From Octopus vulgaris (lineage: Eukaryota): a stretch of 64,000 bases of DNA. A program made the position numbers and the translations under genes. The stretch lies in contig OX597818.1 in assembly GCA_951406725.2 (NCBI GenBank), positions 118,544,001 to 118,608,000 on the forward strand. Reading direction: 5' to 3'. Below, in pieces: positions 26,226 to 38,672 of this stretch (position 1 is its first letter; each line of letters begins with the position of its first letter). The notes beneath the pieces were generated by a model. That model had not been told where the DNA came from. It did no database searches and saw nothing but the letters and a program-made list of their open reading frames with translations.

Positions 26226-27442
26226 TGTATGTATGTAGGTAGGTAGGTAGGTATCTGGTGCAATACGTAATAGACTGAAATAACAGAAACGCCTAATAAT
26301 TTGAAAGACGTGGGCATTTTACATTCTTGCAGATATATTTAAACATTATAAATTGCTTGCTGTGAGAGAGAGTATTAATGTTAAAAATCTTACTGCTGAA
26401 ACACGGATAATCATTGACATAATATCAGCCCCCGCCATTTTGCCTCCTAAATGACATTGCGATCAGGTGTTACCTCAGGTTTTATATTCACAGAATGCCA
26501 AAGAACTATTTAGTTGTAAATATATTCCTATCGATTGAGAATCATTATTCCCCATCAAAGAAGCTAGTATTTTGAGGACATAGCTATTCCCAATGGAAAA
26601 CAACATATTATATATTGTGTAATCCAGCTGCATTAATTGAAAAACTATTCCACAATTCTTTTCTCGCTGTAATAAAATGGTTTCCAATGAATACTCTCGG
26701 AAAAATCAAATTGTCTGGAAAACTTAAAATTAAACTAGTTATCCATTGAAGTACACACAGGCATAGGTTAACTTCCTCGTTGAATCCACCTACGTATGCA
26801 TAAATGCAATTAAACGAGAGATAGAAAATGGTGGGTTGATGATTTAATTGAGCGTAGAATATAAATAGATGAGAAAATAGCTATTAGATTTGTTGAGACA
26901 TGTTCTTGATTAGTTTTTTAAAACAACGGAAAAACAATAAACTCCGCTTATTGTTTCTAATTAAGCGATTTATATAATTGTTTTTCTTGTCTTTTTTAAT
27001 GGAAATCCTACTGCTGACGTAAAAAGAATTCCCATGTTCATCAGTTTTGACATGTGTATAAATAGGTTCATACACATTGATATTTTTTTAATGATATTTG
27101 TCGGATCTATACTTCTAAGGTATAGTATAATGCTATCGTAGATTTGTATAATACGAAAATTCACTTTGTACTGCTTGATATGCAACGAAATAGAATTTAA
27201 AAGCTGACTGCTTGTATTATTTCTATCACGTGTCAAAATCAAGTAAACCGTTAACTAAGCTTCTAAGCAATATCATTTTCCATATATGTGTTGTTGTTTT
27301 TTTCATTTAATTTCATACAATTCAGATGTCAGCGCATTGGATTATCGAAGCTAATTTCATATAAACGTGAAACAGACGAGAGACAAGCTCAAAAAGAAAT
27401 CATCGCAAATAGATATCACTCAAAACAATTCTACCATATTTA

Positions 27443-27850
27443 ACGCAGGCGTAACTCTGTAGTGAAAAGCTTGCTTTTTCAATCACATGATCCCGGGTTC
27501 AGTCCCGCTGCGTGACACCTTGGCCAGTTGTCCTCTTCTAAAGCCGCGGGCGACAAAATCTTGGGAGTAGATTTGTAAGACAGAAACTGAAAGAAGCCTC
27601 TCGTATATATATATATACATATATATATACACACGTGTTTGTGTGTGTTTCTGTGCTTATCCTCACCTCTTGACAACCGCTGTTGGTGAGTTTACGTCCC
27701 AGTTACTTAAATTTTTCGCGAACCAGCCCGTAAGAATAGGTACCAGGCTTACGAAAATAAAATAATTACTGCGGCCGATTCATTCCACTAAAAACTTCTC
27801 CAAGTAAATACTCTTAGTATGGCCGCATTCTAATGCGAGAAACAAATATA
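27443..27850 (+). mobile_element. SINE family A, diverged full length
   Basis: CCCGGGTTCAGTCCCGCTGCGTGACACCTTGGCCAG head and GAAACTGAAAGAAGCC block. Confidence 0.8.
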
Positions 27851-28139
27851 AGATCTAAGATAATACTGCAAAAGCCGGATAATGAATATCATCCAAATAG
27901 TTGCTCTAAACCCCTTCCTTTCTCTCTCTTTCTCTTTGTCAGTCTGTCTGTCTGTCACTCTCCCTCTCTCTCTCTCTCTCTCGCTCTCAGTTAACTAAGT
28001 CAAGCAACATATCTGTCTACCTACCTCTAACTCTCAGGGTTTTCGCAAAGAAATATCAAGTACTTTGCTCCGTACACTATCGCATTCACTCAAAATATTC
28101 AATTCCACCACAGCTGATTATATTACGTATTTAGAGATT

Positions 28140-28355
28140 TTGGTTTCAGATTTTGGCACAAGGACAGCTATTTACAGAAGAGAGGGTTATTCGATTACAT
28201 AGACTCCAATACTAAACAGATATTTATTTTACCGACCCCCGTAACGATGACAGGGGAAATCAACCACGATAGAACTTGAACTTAGAACCTAAAATGGAGG
28301 GAAACACGCTAAATATTTTGCCCTGCTTGGTAACGATTCTGCCAGCTCACCGCCT
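28140..28355 (-). mobile_element. SINE family B, diverged
   Basis: TAACGATTCTGCCAGCTCACCGCCTT is the reverse complement of the family head. Confidence 0.7.
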
Positions 28356-28392
28356 TAATTCGTATATGGAGATATATATCAGCAGATGTCGT

Positions 28393-28748
28393 CGTCTTCT
28401 TCTTCTTCTTCTTCTTCTTCTTCTTCTTCTTCTTCTTCTTCTTCTTCTCCTTCTTCTTCTTCTTCTTCTTCTCCTTCTTCTTCTTCTTCTTCTTCTCCTT
28501 CTTCTTCTTCTTCTTCTTCTTCTTCTTCTTCTTCTTCTTCTTCTTCTCCTCCTTTGTCTTCTTCTTCTTCTTCTTCTTCTTCGTCTTCTTCTTCTTCTTC
28601 TCATCATCCTCCATTCTTCTTCTTTGTCTTCTTCTCCTCCTCTTTCTCCTCCTCCTTCTTCGTCTTCTTCTTCTTCTCCTCCTCCTCCTTCTTCTTCTTC
28701 GTCTTCTTCTTCTTCTTCTTCTTCTTCTTCTTCTTCTTCTTCTTCTTC
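28393..28748. repeat. (CTT)n/(GAA)n trinucleotide array, ~355 bp
   Basis: Directly visible, with CCT and CGT variants. Confidence 0.97.
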
Positions 28749-29029
28749 CAATTAGGACTCACGCCATTAGCCACAAAGAATAATTTCTAATTCGAGCCTA
28801 CTCTAAGCTACTAAGAATGTGTGTGGCAGCTTGAAGATCCACCCACCACATGCGATAGACTGGCGGTTGCAAGGGGGCGAATGCTACGCTGTTATCCTTA
28901 TTCCGTAAACGGCGGCTTTTAACGGGTGGGGAGCTGAACCATCCTGGGGTACAGAGGATGCGCAATCTAGACTAGAGTCTGAAAGTTTACTACATCATAG
29001 TGGGTTGCACTATGGTTCCTCTGCTTTGT

Positions 29030-29205
29030 AGCAGAAGTAGGAAGAAAGTGTGAGAAAATGTTGTGGTGAAATAGTACATCGGAGTTCACCACCACACCGC
29101 CGGAGCCTCATTGGGGCTTGGGTGTTTTGCGAGATAGACACTCATAATGCCCGGTCTGGGAATCGAAACCGTGTTCTTACGTCCGCGAGTCCGCTGCCCT
29201 AACCC
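29030..29205 (-). mobile_element. SINE family C, diverged
   Basis: CCCGGTCTGGGAATCGAAACCG...CCGCGAGTCCGCTGCCCTAACC is the reverse complement of the family C head. Confidence 0.75.
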
Positions 29206-29624
29206 TAAGATGTTGTAATGTGTAATTGCCAATGGGCAGTGTGATATGAATTTTCAAATTAAATATCGTATAAAACTCGAGATGCAATTATTTTCAAGTA
29301 TATTAATAAGATATTGATATTGTTCAGTTTAAAATTTCTAATAAAAAATATTTCTATTTTCTAGGTGTTTGTCTTCAGGTAATCCGGAATATTCTCCAAG
29401 GTATTAATCTGAATCTTACCGGAAATCTACGAGCGAAATAGGCATGAATCGCCGTCGATAGTTTCAGTGACTAACTGCAAAAATATTTAACGTCGGGTTG
29501 AGAAAATAAAGACCAAGAAATCAATAGAAAATTGAGAGAGCTACAATGCAGCATAATCAAAATTATCACACACGCACAAACACATATATACATGTATGTA
29601 TACACACACACAGGCACACACAAA

Positions 29625-29708
<84 letters not shown>

Positions 29709-30164
29709 ATAATCGTTCTGCCTGTCTGTGTGTGTGTCTTGTAGGATCTAGAGCATCCTCCATGCGATTGCGCTCAAATTTGAAATGCATATACCGACGG
29801 TATACAAAGAAAGTCTATCTTTATTTCTTCTTTTGCTGGTGTCTCAAATTTAGGTTAAATCAATGTTTCTCAAAGGGGAGGCCTATGGGACGGTCAGACA
29901 ATTTGTTTTGAGAAAATATGGTTTAACTGTCTAACGGGGGGGGGGGGGGCTGCTCGTATATATATATGTGTGTGTGTGTGTGTTTCTGATCGGAATAGCA
30001 TTTGCTGCGGAGCTATTTTGATAATATACACGTTGTTGTGAAAAAGATAAGAATTTGACTTATCTTTGATCTATACGTGCATATATCTGTATGTAGACGT
30101 GCGAATCTGCTATAAATAATTATACGGCTCTGTGTAATTATTTGTATTTATATTTCTCGTGTAT

Positions 30165-30227
30165 TGTGTTGAGGACGGAAAAAAGCTTGTTTTATGGCTT
30201 TAATCCAGAAATTGGAACCAATTCACA
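30165..30227 (+). ncRNA. Decayed type I hammerhead motif within an inter-microsatellite insert (~29985-30378)
   Basis: TGTG TTGAGGA CGGA..AAAGC..GCTTT..TCCA GAAA TTGG AA CCAA TT CACA. All three stems present, two deviations (C3U, mismatched stem II closing pair). Confidence 0.5.
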
Positions 30228-30378
30228 TTTAATGTGAAGTCTTTTTAATATTCTTTTTACTCGCCCGACTATAACCCGTATATATGTTTTGGAGTTTTAG
30301 GTAGTATCCGAGTGCCGCGGCATTTTAAAGCATGTTGGAGATAGGTCGTTTTTACCCTTGCTCCCTTAATATAATTAT

Positions 30379-30445
<67 letters not shown>

Positions 30446-31154
30446 TATATGTATATATTTATATATATATATTAATTTAATGTATAAATTACATATAATT
30501 TTCTATTGCATGCTGACTACCTGGTAAAAATCATTAACGTGATTATATCCTTATATTCTATTCTATATATATACATACATACGTATGTATATACATGCAT
30601 AAATACATACATACATACAGACATACATGCATACATACATACATACATACATAGATACATACATACATACACACATTGATACATACATACATAGAAAAAT
30701 AACCTATTGTTGATGAAATTACGATGAAGGAGCCTTGGATCTCGGTTAGAAACAGCCTCTTTCTCTATTGGCTCCCAAAAATTGAAATTGAACTGAATAA
30801 TGACATACATACATGCATGCATACATACATACATACGTACATACATACATACATACATACATGCGTACATACATACACAGGGAGAGAGAGACGTGAATAT
30901 ACCTATGTATATTTTTGTTGCATTGTTCTAGCCTATTTATAGTCAATCTGGCTAGAGCCCATATGGTGAATAATGTGGTCATAGCTTTTACACCTTACAA
31001 CACCATTTCTTTAGCACTCTATGGCGACCACAGAATTCTCTGCCAGTGTTCTGAAGATCATTGGTATGTGCATACCATGCATATTTCCTGTATATCTCTC
31101 ACTATGTGTAGTATAGTTATTTATATATGTATGCATTATGCACGTGTGTATATA

Positions 31155-31380
31155 CAGGGTGGACCAAAAGTAGATTTACAGTTAATCAACTACCCCTACC
31201 GCATACATCTAATAGCTTAGATCTGAATTATAGAAACATGCAACCATTATTTTATGCTGAGTTAATTTTGTCAAGCTCCCTTTTCAGTTTGTAAAATAGA
31301 AATTTAAATGTAATAAAATATTTTAAAGGGAATTTAAAGTGTCTACGTGATAACTGTAAACCTACGTTTGGGTCACCCTG
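31155..31380. mobile_element. Tc1/mariner-type MITE
   Basis: TA|CAGGGTGGACCAAAAGTAGATTTACAGTTA ... TAACTGTAAACCTACGTTTGGGTCACCCTG|TA, ~30-bp TIRs, TA TSD. Confidence 0.8.
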
Positions 31381-33389
31381 TAAGCATTTAATTATTACTG
31401 CGTATTTTCTGGGAGTGGATTTTATCCTTTGAATATATGACCGTTTATGGAATTTTACCTTTTTGATCGTAATCGCTTCCATCTTTTTAAATGCTTCCCC
31501 AAATAAACATACTCTTCGTTTTATTGATTCCAAGGAAGCTATAAGGTGATGAATATGCAATCAGCTCTGATTGCAATGCAACATAGATGGAGAAAGCTGT
31601 AGGCTAAAACAGTTGTTTAAACAATACTTGTTTCTTGCCATTTCCTTCACCCTTCATTGTGTTTGTCTGTACTTGCGCATGCGTATATTCCTCATAGCTG
31701 AAATCGTGGAGGCAGAATAGAATCATTAAAAATCCTAAAATCTTTCATACTTCTACTATAAATTTAATTATTTGATTTTAAATGAGCGCTTGCAATTCCA
31801 TCCGACAATTTCACTTAGTTCTTAATTTATACATGGAAACAAAAATGATTAAATATATTTGGAAAAGCAATATAAGCTAATGTCGAATATGATTATTATT
31901 TTTTACAGCAAGAATTGTAGAAAATTCTATGATCTTCCACATTAATGCATAATTGCCAATTTCTCATAGTATTTTCTGAGAATTAGTAAGTATTCAACAT
32001 TTCCCTTTTTCTTTTTATATTGCTAATGTAAAATTTTAGTAATATTGTCTAGGGGACCCTGTTGGATTCTCAAAGCACTTCAGATTTGCAAATCGTACAG
32101 AAAGTAACACGTGATATAGCGTTTACTTATGTAAAGCATATCATAAACAATCTAACTAGAAATATATATGATTTGAAAAATATCTGTCTATGGCTTTATT
32201 ATTATACGGATTTCTCAGTCTACAAACAAACACTTCCATATGTGTAACATATCGAATTATAAATTAAAGCTGAAGGGGATGTGTACTTTTGAATTTCAAA
32301 TACAGCGTATTAGTATGTGTAATTATTGCGTTTAAATATATATATCATAAGGGAAAGATAAGCTACAATGTACCGGAATGCTATATATCTAATTATTGCA
32401 AAACATCACTCTATATTAGAGGAACGTTATGACTTCAAAAATAGGAGAAATAATTAATTTGCATATATACTAAATATTGCCAGAATGACTATGGAAATGC
32501 GTGACATAAAAAAGACGGTAAGACCATATCCAGAGAAGATTTCGCAGAGAAAGCTACATGCAAGCTTCTATGTACTTTAAAGAGAAATCTAATGTTTTTT
32601 ACCAGAAGATTCTAAGCAAAATTAGAAAATATCATTTAAGACAATTATAAATTTACAATAAGGTAACTAGAAGTTTTAATCCTATCAAAAACTAAATGCG
32701 ATTCAATTTTCCTCAGAGCGCCCTCTTAGATTAATATCTGGATGTCTTCCACGCTGCTTTCATTAAGGTACTGAATTCTACTGAGAATCGCAGCTTCAAT
32801 AACAATATCAGCGATACAATAATTGCATGTTATTGAATTATTTAAAAGGTTTTTGACGATCTGAAAAGTTTTCTTCACTGCACCTGATTATTGCTTGTGC
32901 ATAAGTAAATTGCATAATACATACATGCACATATATATATATATATATATATATATTTGTGTGTATGTGTGTGTATGTATGTAACATAGTAAGCACAAAA
33001 ATGCTCGAATACGGGAGGTAGGGGTATATTTGTAAATATGCAGTTACGTTGATAGATATACATTTGAAATGTGTATGTATCAATGTGCATCTATTGATCG
33101 ATACACAATCAACGTAAGTATATAAATATAAATATGTCCTCATTTTTGTTCCATTCTCAACCAAAACTGTCCGACGAACGGGAACGTACACCTCTGAACA
33201 AAATGTTTTGTGATGTGGCTTAGCAATTTGAACCAAAAGGCAAAGTTATCAGAAGTCACAAAATTGATGGAGGGTACTGACCAGCAATAGCTATTACTAA
33301 AAACAAGACCACCAGCTGGCTGTCTTCAATTCTATTGTACCAGCTATCGCTAGGATCTTGGCGCCTTATGCAGGTGTTCTATACTACCA

Positions 33390-33423
33390 AAGCCTTGTAA
33401 GTGGATTTCGTAGAAGGAGACTG

Positions 33424-33462
<39 letters not shown>

Positions 33463-33697
33463 TCTGTGTGTATGAGTTTGTGTATGTGTACCTTTACACG
33501 TGTTTGGCTCCCATCACCGATCGACAACAGGCGTCGGTGTGTTTAAGTCCCCGTAAATTAGCGTTTCGACCCAAAAATACGATAGAATGAGTACTAGACT
33601 CACAAAAATAGACACTGGGGTTCTATTGTTCGATTAGAATGTTTCAACGCGGTGCCCCAGCATGGCTGAAATCAAATGATTGAAACAAATAAAAGAA
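33390..33697 (+). mobile_element. SINE family A, diverged and 5'-truncated
   Basis: CCAAAGCCTTGTAAGTGGATTT through GCGGTGCCCCAGCATGGC. Confidence 0.75.
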
Positions 33698-33837
33698 TAT
33701 GTATATAAAGAGCGTAGGCTCGAAACGTAAAAGACTTTCTCACTTACCCGACCGTCAAAATAGTACACATCTTGTTTATAGACCTGTCTTCATCTTTTAT
33801 TTTTCTGTAAATTTCAACTATATATAAATATATATAC

Positions 33838-33902
<65 letters not shown>

Positions 33903-33996
33903 TATAAGAAGAGATGATCACTAAGTGGACATCCAATATGCTAGAAGTAGATCACCTACGATCTAACCACAAAAAATTAATGCTATCACCCTCATT

Positions 33997-34049
<53 letters not shown>

Positions 34050-34659
34050 AAGAGCTTTAGACACAGATAGCGATCTTTCAGAAATCACTTAAACATTGAA
34101 GTAAATAGTCGCTGTATTATATATATGTATATATATATATATATATTGCCCAGTTACTCAGCACGTCATCCGTTCCACCAGTTAAACTTAGTGTCACATG
34201 ACCAAAATTCTATTCAAATGACTTGCTACAGCCATATGTAGGTACGATGATTTGCTTTTTAAATTTAATTCCCACTTTGCTGTATCGAGAATATCTTGTT
34301 AAAAGGAAAGCAATAGAGCTGACAGAATTTTGTATAGGATTTCAATTGTAATTTAAATAATTCTAGCCATTGTCTTTCTTTTAAAAGAATCCTATCTGCA
34401 ACAGTGATTCATTGCCTGAATCAATAAAGTCCAAGAGAAAATTATTTGCCAACATTGTTCCTGACCATTTACATTCTGGATTTCTACCCGTTCCCCGAGG
34501 AAGAAATACCTTTCAAGCTCTATGAAAAGGCATTTCTAGCTATATGAAATACAAAGTACATACAAATAATTTTCTATCAATGATGAAGTATATTACGTGT
34601 GCATGATTCAACGCTGGTGATTTTTCACTTACAGCGTGGAACAATATATATATATACAC

Positions 34660-37410
34660 CCCAGGTCCTTTTTTCATACTCCAACTCGGTGTGTGACACA
34701 CTAATTGTACATATAAGGCAACTTGGTGTAGTTGTGTGTGCTATATATCGCCCTCCAGATGCCCCAAGCCATGTAGGCAAGTTTGAAGACTGCCTTATAC
34801 AAATAGAAGTTCTAGTCACATTAGAACAACACATAAGTGTACTTCTTATGGGAGACTTCAATCTACCCAATGTCAGATGGCCCGAGGGCCTTTCTCTCCC
34901 AGGAATGACACGATGTGAACGAGTACAGGCGAGGTCCCTCCTGAACCTCATCAACACCCTGTACATGGAATAAGTAATACTCCAACCAACCAGGGCAGGT
35001 AACACACTGGATCTCTGCTTCACAAATAATATTGATCTCATCCATAATGTGAAAGTGACACCGACACTACTCTCGGATCACAATATGGTAGAGCTGACCA
35101 TGTACGGGCCAAAGGAAAGCATGGACATGCAGCCTACAAGAAACTCTCAGAATCTTTCCAGCTTGAACTTCCATAAGGCAAACTGGAAACAAATTGAGAA
35201 AGAGATCCTCAAACAAAACTGGCCTGAATGTCTCTCCTCACCAGACATCGACGTGAAACTTCAACAATTCATGTCTGTAATGCAAGCCATATGCTACAAA
35301 TGTGCCCCAAGAACAAAATCCCCAGAGAGAGGAAAATTTTAATGAGACGACGTACAAAAATTTCAAATCGCTGAAACAAACAAATTGAAAGCAGTGAAAA
35401 GTCCCGCCTGAAAATAAAACTGTTGGAAATTGAAAAATGTCTGCAACTCTCCCATGAAAAGGAAAGAGCACGCAAAGAAGCCTGGGCTATAGACAACATA
35501 ATATCTAACCCCAGAGCTTTCTACAGGTATGCCAAATAAACAACTACGGTGCACTGTAGGATAGGGTCACGCCTTGAAAAGGATGGCACACTTACAGGAA
35601 ATCCAATGAGGGTAAGTGAAATACTGAATGAGCAATTCAAGAGTGTTTTCACTCCATCCCTTGGGCATTTCCAAATCACCAATCCAACTGACTTCTTTAC
35701 CACTGCAGATATAAAATCAGAGGCAGCGATGATTGATGACATCAATATAAAGGAAGCCGATGTAATAAAGGCTATAGATGAAATGGAAACTAACTCAGCT
35801 ACTGGCCCCGATGGATTCCCGGCAATCCTTCTAAAAGAATGTAAGAGAGTCCTAGCAAGACCACTGTTGTTCCTCTTTCAGAGCTTCCTTGCAACTGGCA
35901 AACTTCCAAGAAAACTGAAGGAAGGTAAGATATGCCCTATTCATAAAGGAGGTAGCAGAGCGGAGGCCAAGAACTACAGACCTATCTCTCTGACCTCACA
36001 CATCAGCAAGGTCATGGAACGAATAGTCAGAAGGAAACTAATCACCTTCCTTGAAGAAAATGACTTGCTGCCTGACACCCAACATGGTTTCCAACCAGGA
36101 AGTAGCTGCTTAACTCAGCTCCTACAACACTATGACTGAGTGCTGAAACGACTGCTCAACCACTCAAATGTGGAAGTGATATATCTCGACTTTGCAAAGG
36201 CCTTTGATAAAGTCGATCATGGAATGATCTGTCACAAACTGCGTGATCTTAGCATACTTGGAGAACTGGGAGAATGGCTTCATGACTTTCTGAAGGATAG
36301 AAGTCAGGTGGTAGTGGCCAATGTGGCCACTTCCATTAACACGCAAATAGTGAGTGGGCACTGTTTTGGGACCACTACTGTTCATAATGGCCCTCTCAGA
36401 CATGCCCTCAGCCACGCAGAGAGCCACGATCACAAGTTATGCAGATGATACAAAAGTTTCACAGGCAATACAGAACCCTGAAGACACTAATCACCTGCAA
36501 TGTGAGCTGGACAAAATATACAATTGGGCTGAAAAGAATAGCATGCAGTTCAATGCTGAAAAGTTTCAAGCTTTATGCTATCAGCATGCAAAACTAAATG
36601 CAATACCCAATGAACACACTGGACCCGGAGGGATTGCAATCCCAGAGGCACAATTAGTGCGTGACCTGGGTATTTACATGAGTGATGACGCAACCTTTTG
36701 TGCACATGTTGCTAAATTGGCAATGAAATGTAGACGACTGGCCGGATGGATTCTTAGAACCTCTAGAACAAGAGAACAAGAAACCATGATGGTCCTCTGG
36801 AGGACACTTGTCCTAAGCCACTTTGACTATTGCACTCAGCTATGGTCACCATCCAGTGTCAAGTTGATCACAGAACTTGAGGCGATCCAACGAAGCTACA
36901 CGAAGAAGATAGCCTCTGTGCAGCATATAAGGTACTGGGAAAGACCCAAGAGATTAAAACTCTATTCCTTGGAGCGTAGGCGAGAAAGATATGCCATAAT
37001 ATATATCTGGAAGGACTTGTCCCAAACTTTGGCATCGAGAGTTACACAAATGCAAGAATTGGGCGCCACTGCGTAGAGCCAAGGACTCCAAATTTGCCAT
37101 CAAGATGTAGGACAAGATACTGTGATAGCCTGGGCTTCAGAGGGCCACAGCTCTTCAATATCCTCCCGAAGAAGCTGAGGGACCTGCATGGGGTGGATGG
37201 GGATGTCTTTAAAGTAGGACTGCATCTCTTCCTGTCGGGTGCCACGGATGAACCAAGTTCACGGCAGGAGGTGCAGATGAGGGCAGCTGCATCGAACTCT
37301 CTCATGCACCAAATGGCAGTTGCTAAAAAGCATTCGTGAAGTAAAATCATGTAGCAACACCAAATGGCGGCGCCCCAGCATGGCCACAGCTTGTGAGCTG
37401 AAACAATATA
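34660..37410 (+). mobile_element. 5'-truncated, decayed CR1-group LINE (APE endonuclease plus RT ORF2 pseudogene, 3' UTR stem-loop)
   Basis: APE motifs IYRPP, MGDFNLP and SDHN. RT motifs GPDG, NYRPISLTS, QHGF, YLDFAKAFDKVDH, GTVLGPLLF and YADDTK. C-terminal LEAIQR and LYSLERRR. Several stops and frameshifts. Confidence 0.92.
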
Positions 37411-37436
37411 AAATATATATATATATATACATATAT

Positions 37437-37695
37437 ACTCTTTACTCTTTTACTTGTTTCAGTCATTTGACTGCGGCCATGCTGGAGCACCGCCTTTAGT
37501 CGAGCAAATCGACCTCGGGACTTATTCTTTGTAAGCCCAGTACTTATTCTATCGGTCTCTTTTGCCGAACCGCTAGGTGACGGGGACGTAAATACACCAG
37601 CATCGGTTGTCAACAATGCTAGGGGGACAATCACAGATACAAAAACATATGCACACACACTTATATATATATATATATACATATATACATATATA
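37437..37695 (-). mobile_element. SINE family A, 3' half, tail-to-tail with the CR1-group LINE
   Basis: Near-identical to 61067-61316. Ends at the internal (TA) tract of the SINE. Confidence 0.88.
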
Positions 37696-38199
37696 CGTTC
37701 CTTGATTGTGATGTTGAACTTAAAAATGGTTTATGACTATTTAATTTTTTTCCCACTAGGCCGCTGGTGGCAATAAGATTCTACAAAATTTTTTTGCCAC
37801 CCTATATTGATTAATTATGAATTTTCTGGTTAGTTCCGTAATGGAATCGGCGGCTTATATTTATTTGCTGCCGATAAATTTGGCGCGAGTGCGATGATTT
37901 GAAAATTTTAGGTCAGATATTGCCGAGGCAGGGACGAGAATGCCTCGTGAAAAATATCTGTTCCGACTTGGCTATTTCTTACTGATGAATCTAAGGGCCT
38001 ATGGTAGATTGGCTTGATTTAATTTAATCAGGTTAGTTTACCATTAAACAGTAGACGAAACGGTGCATCGTATAAGAAATTACAGGGTAAATGTTTTTTT
38101 AATTTTCTCCTGGTTTACGGAATTGATGTTATTTTGCGGTTGAAGCTTTTGGCTGTTATTTCTAGTGGGTGAATGGCCTATTATGGCCGTTCCTTGATT

Positions 38200-38204
<5 letters not shown>
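37696..38204 (+). mobile_element. Retrozyme-like terminally redundant 492-nt unit containing a hammerhead ribozyme
   Basis: CGTTCCTTGATTGTGAT at 37696-37712 and 38188-38204, (TA)n on both flanks, no ORF, several hairpins. Confidence 0.7.
37974..38080 (+). ncRNA. Type I hammerhead ribozyme with a ~68-nt extended stem II
   Basis: ATTTCTTA CTGATGA ATCTA...TAGAC GAAA CGGTGCATCG TA TAAGAAAT. 8-bp stem I, canonical core, near-palindromic stem III, predicted cleavage after A38072. The first stem II pair is A-C in this copy. Confidence 0.82.
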
Positions 38205-38230
<26 letters not shown>

Positions 38231-38571
38231 TACGTAACATAAGAGGTACACACAATTAGTTCACAGATTGATTTCCTGCTTTAGCACCAACTTGAACTAT
38301 AAATAAAAATATGCTCTCTAACTGAGGATTGCCTATAAACAATGTTTCAGTCTATTTGGTACATGCATCATAAAATAATGGTAATGACAGGAAAGTAAGT
38401 TGGTATCTCAGTAGTCAGATTATGACATTTAAATATTTATATGTGCATGCAAACCGAAAGGAGAAAATTTTTTTTTCTATATAAGTATATAAATTACATT
38501 ATCTAATTAGATACAGTTTGTCTGCCTGTCTCTAATCTAGTATACAAACCAGCATAATATATATGCATAAA

Positions 38572-38626
<55 letters not shown>

Positions 38627-38636
38627 AGTAAGAGAA

Positions 38637-38672
<36 letters not shown>

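Noticed and set aside
28276-28790. Poly-L/S/K/R/E ORFs, and poly-I/L ORFs at 44223-44827, 56271-56525 and 60040-60337
   Set aside because: Trinucleotide arrays open on both strands with no coding signature.
34625-37350. Minus-strand ORFs over the CR1-group LINE, and those at 58157-60011
   Set aside because: Antisense shadows of retrotransposon coding sequence.
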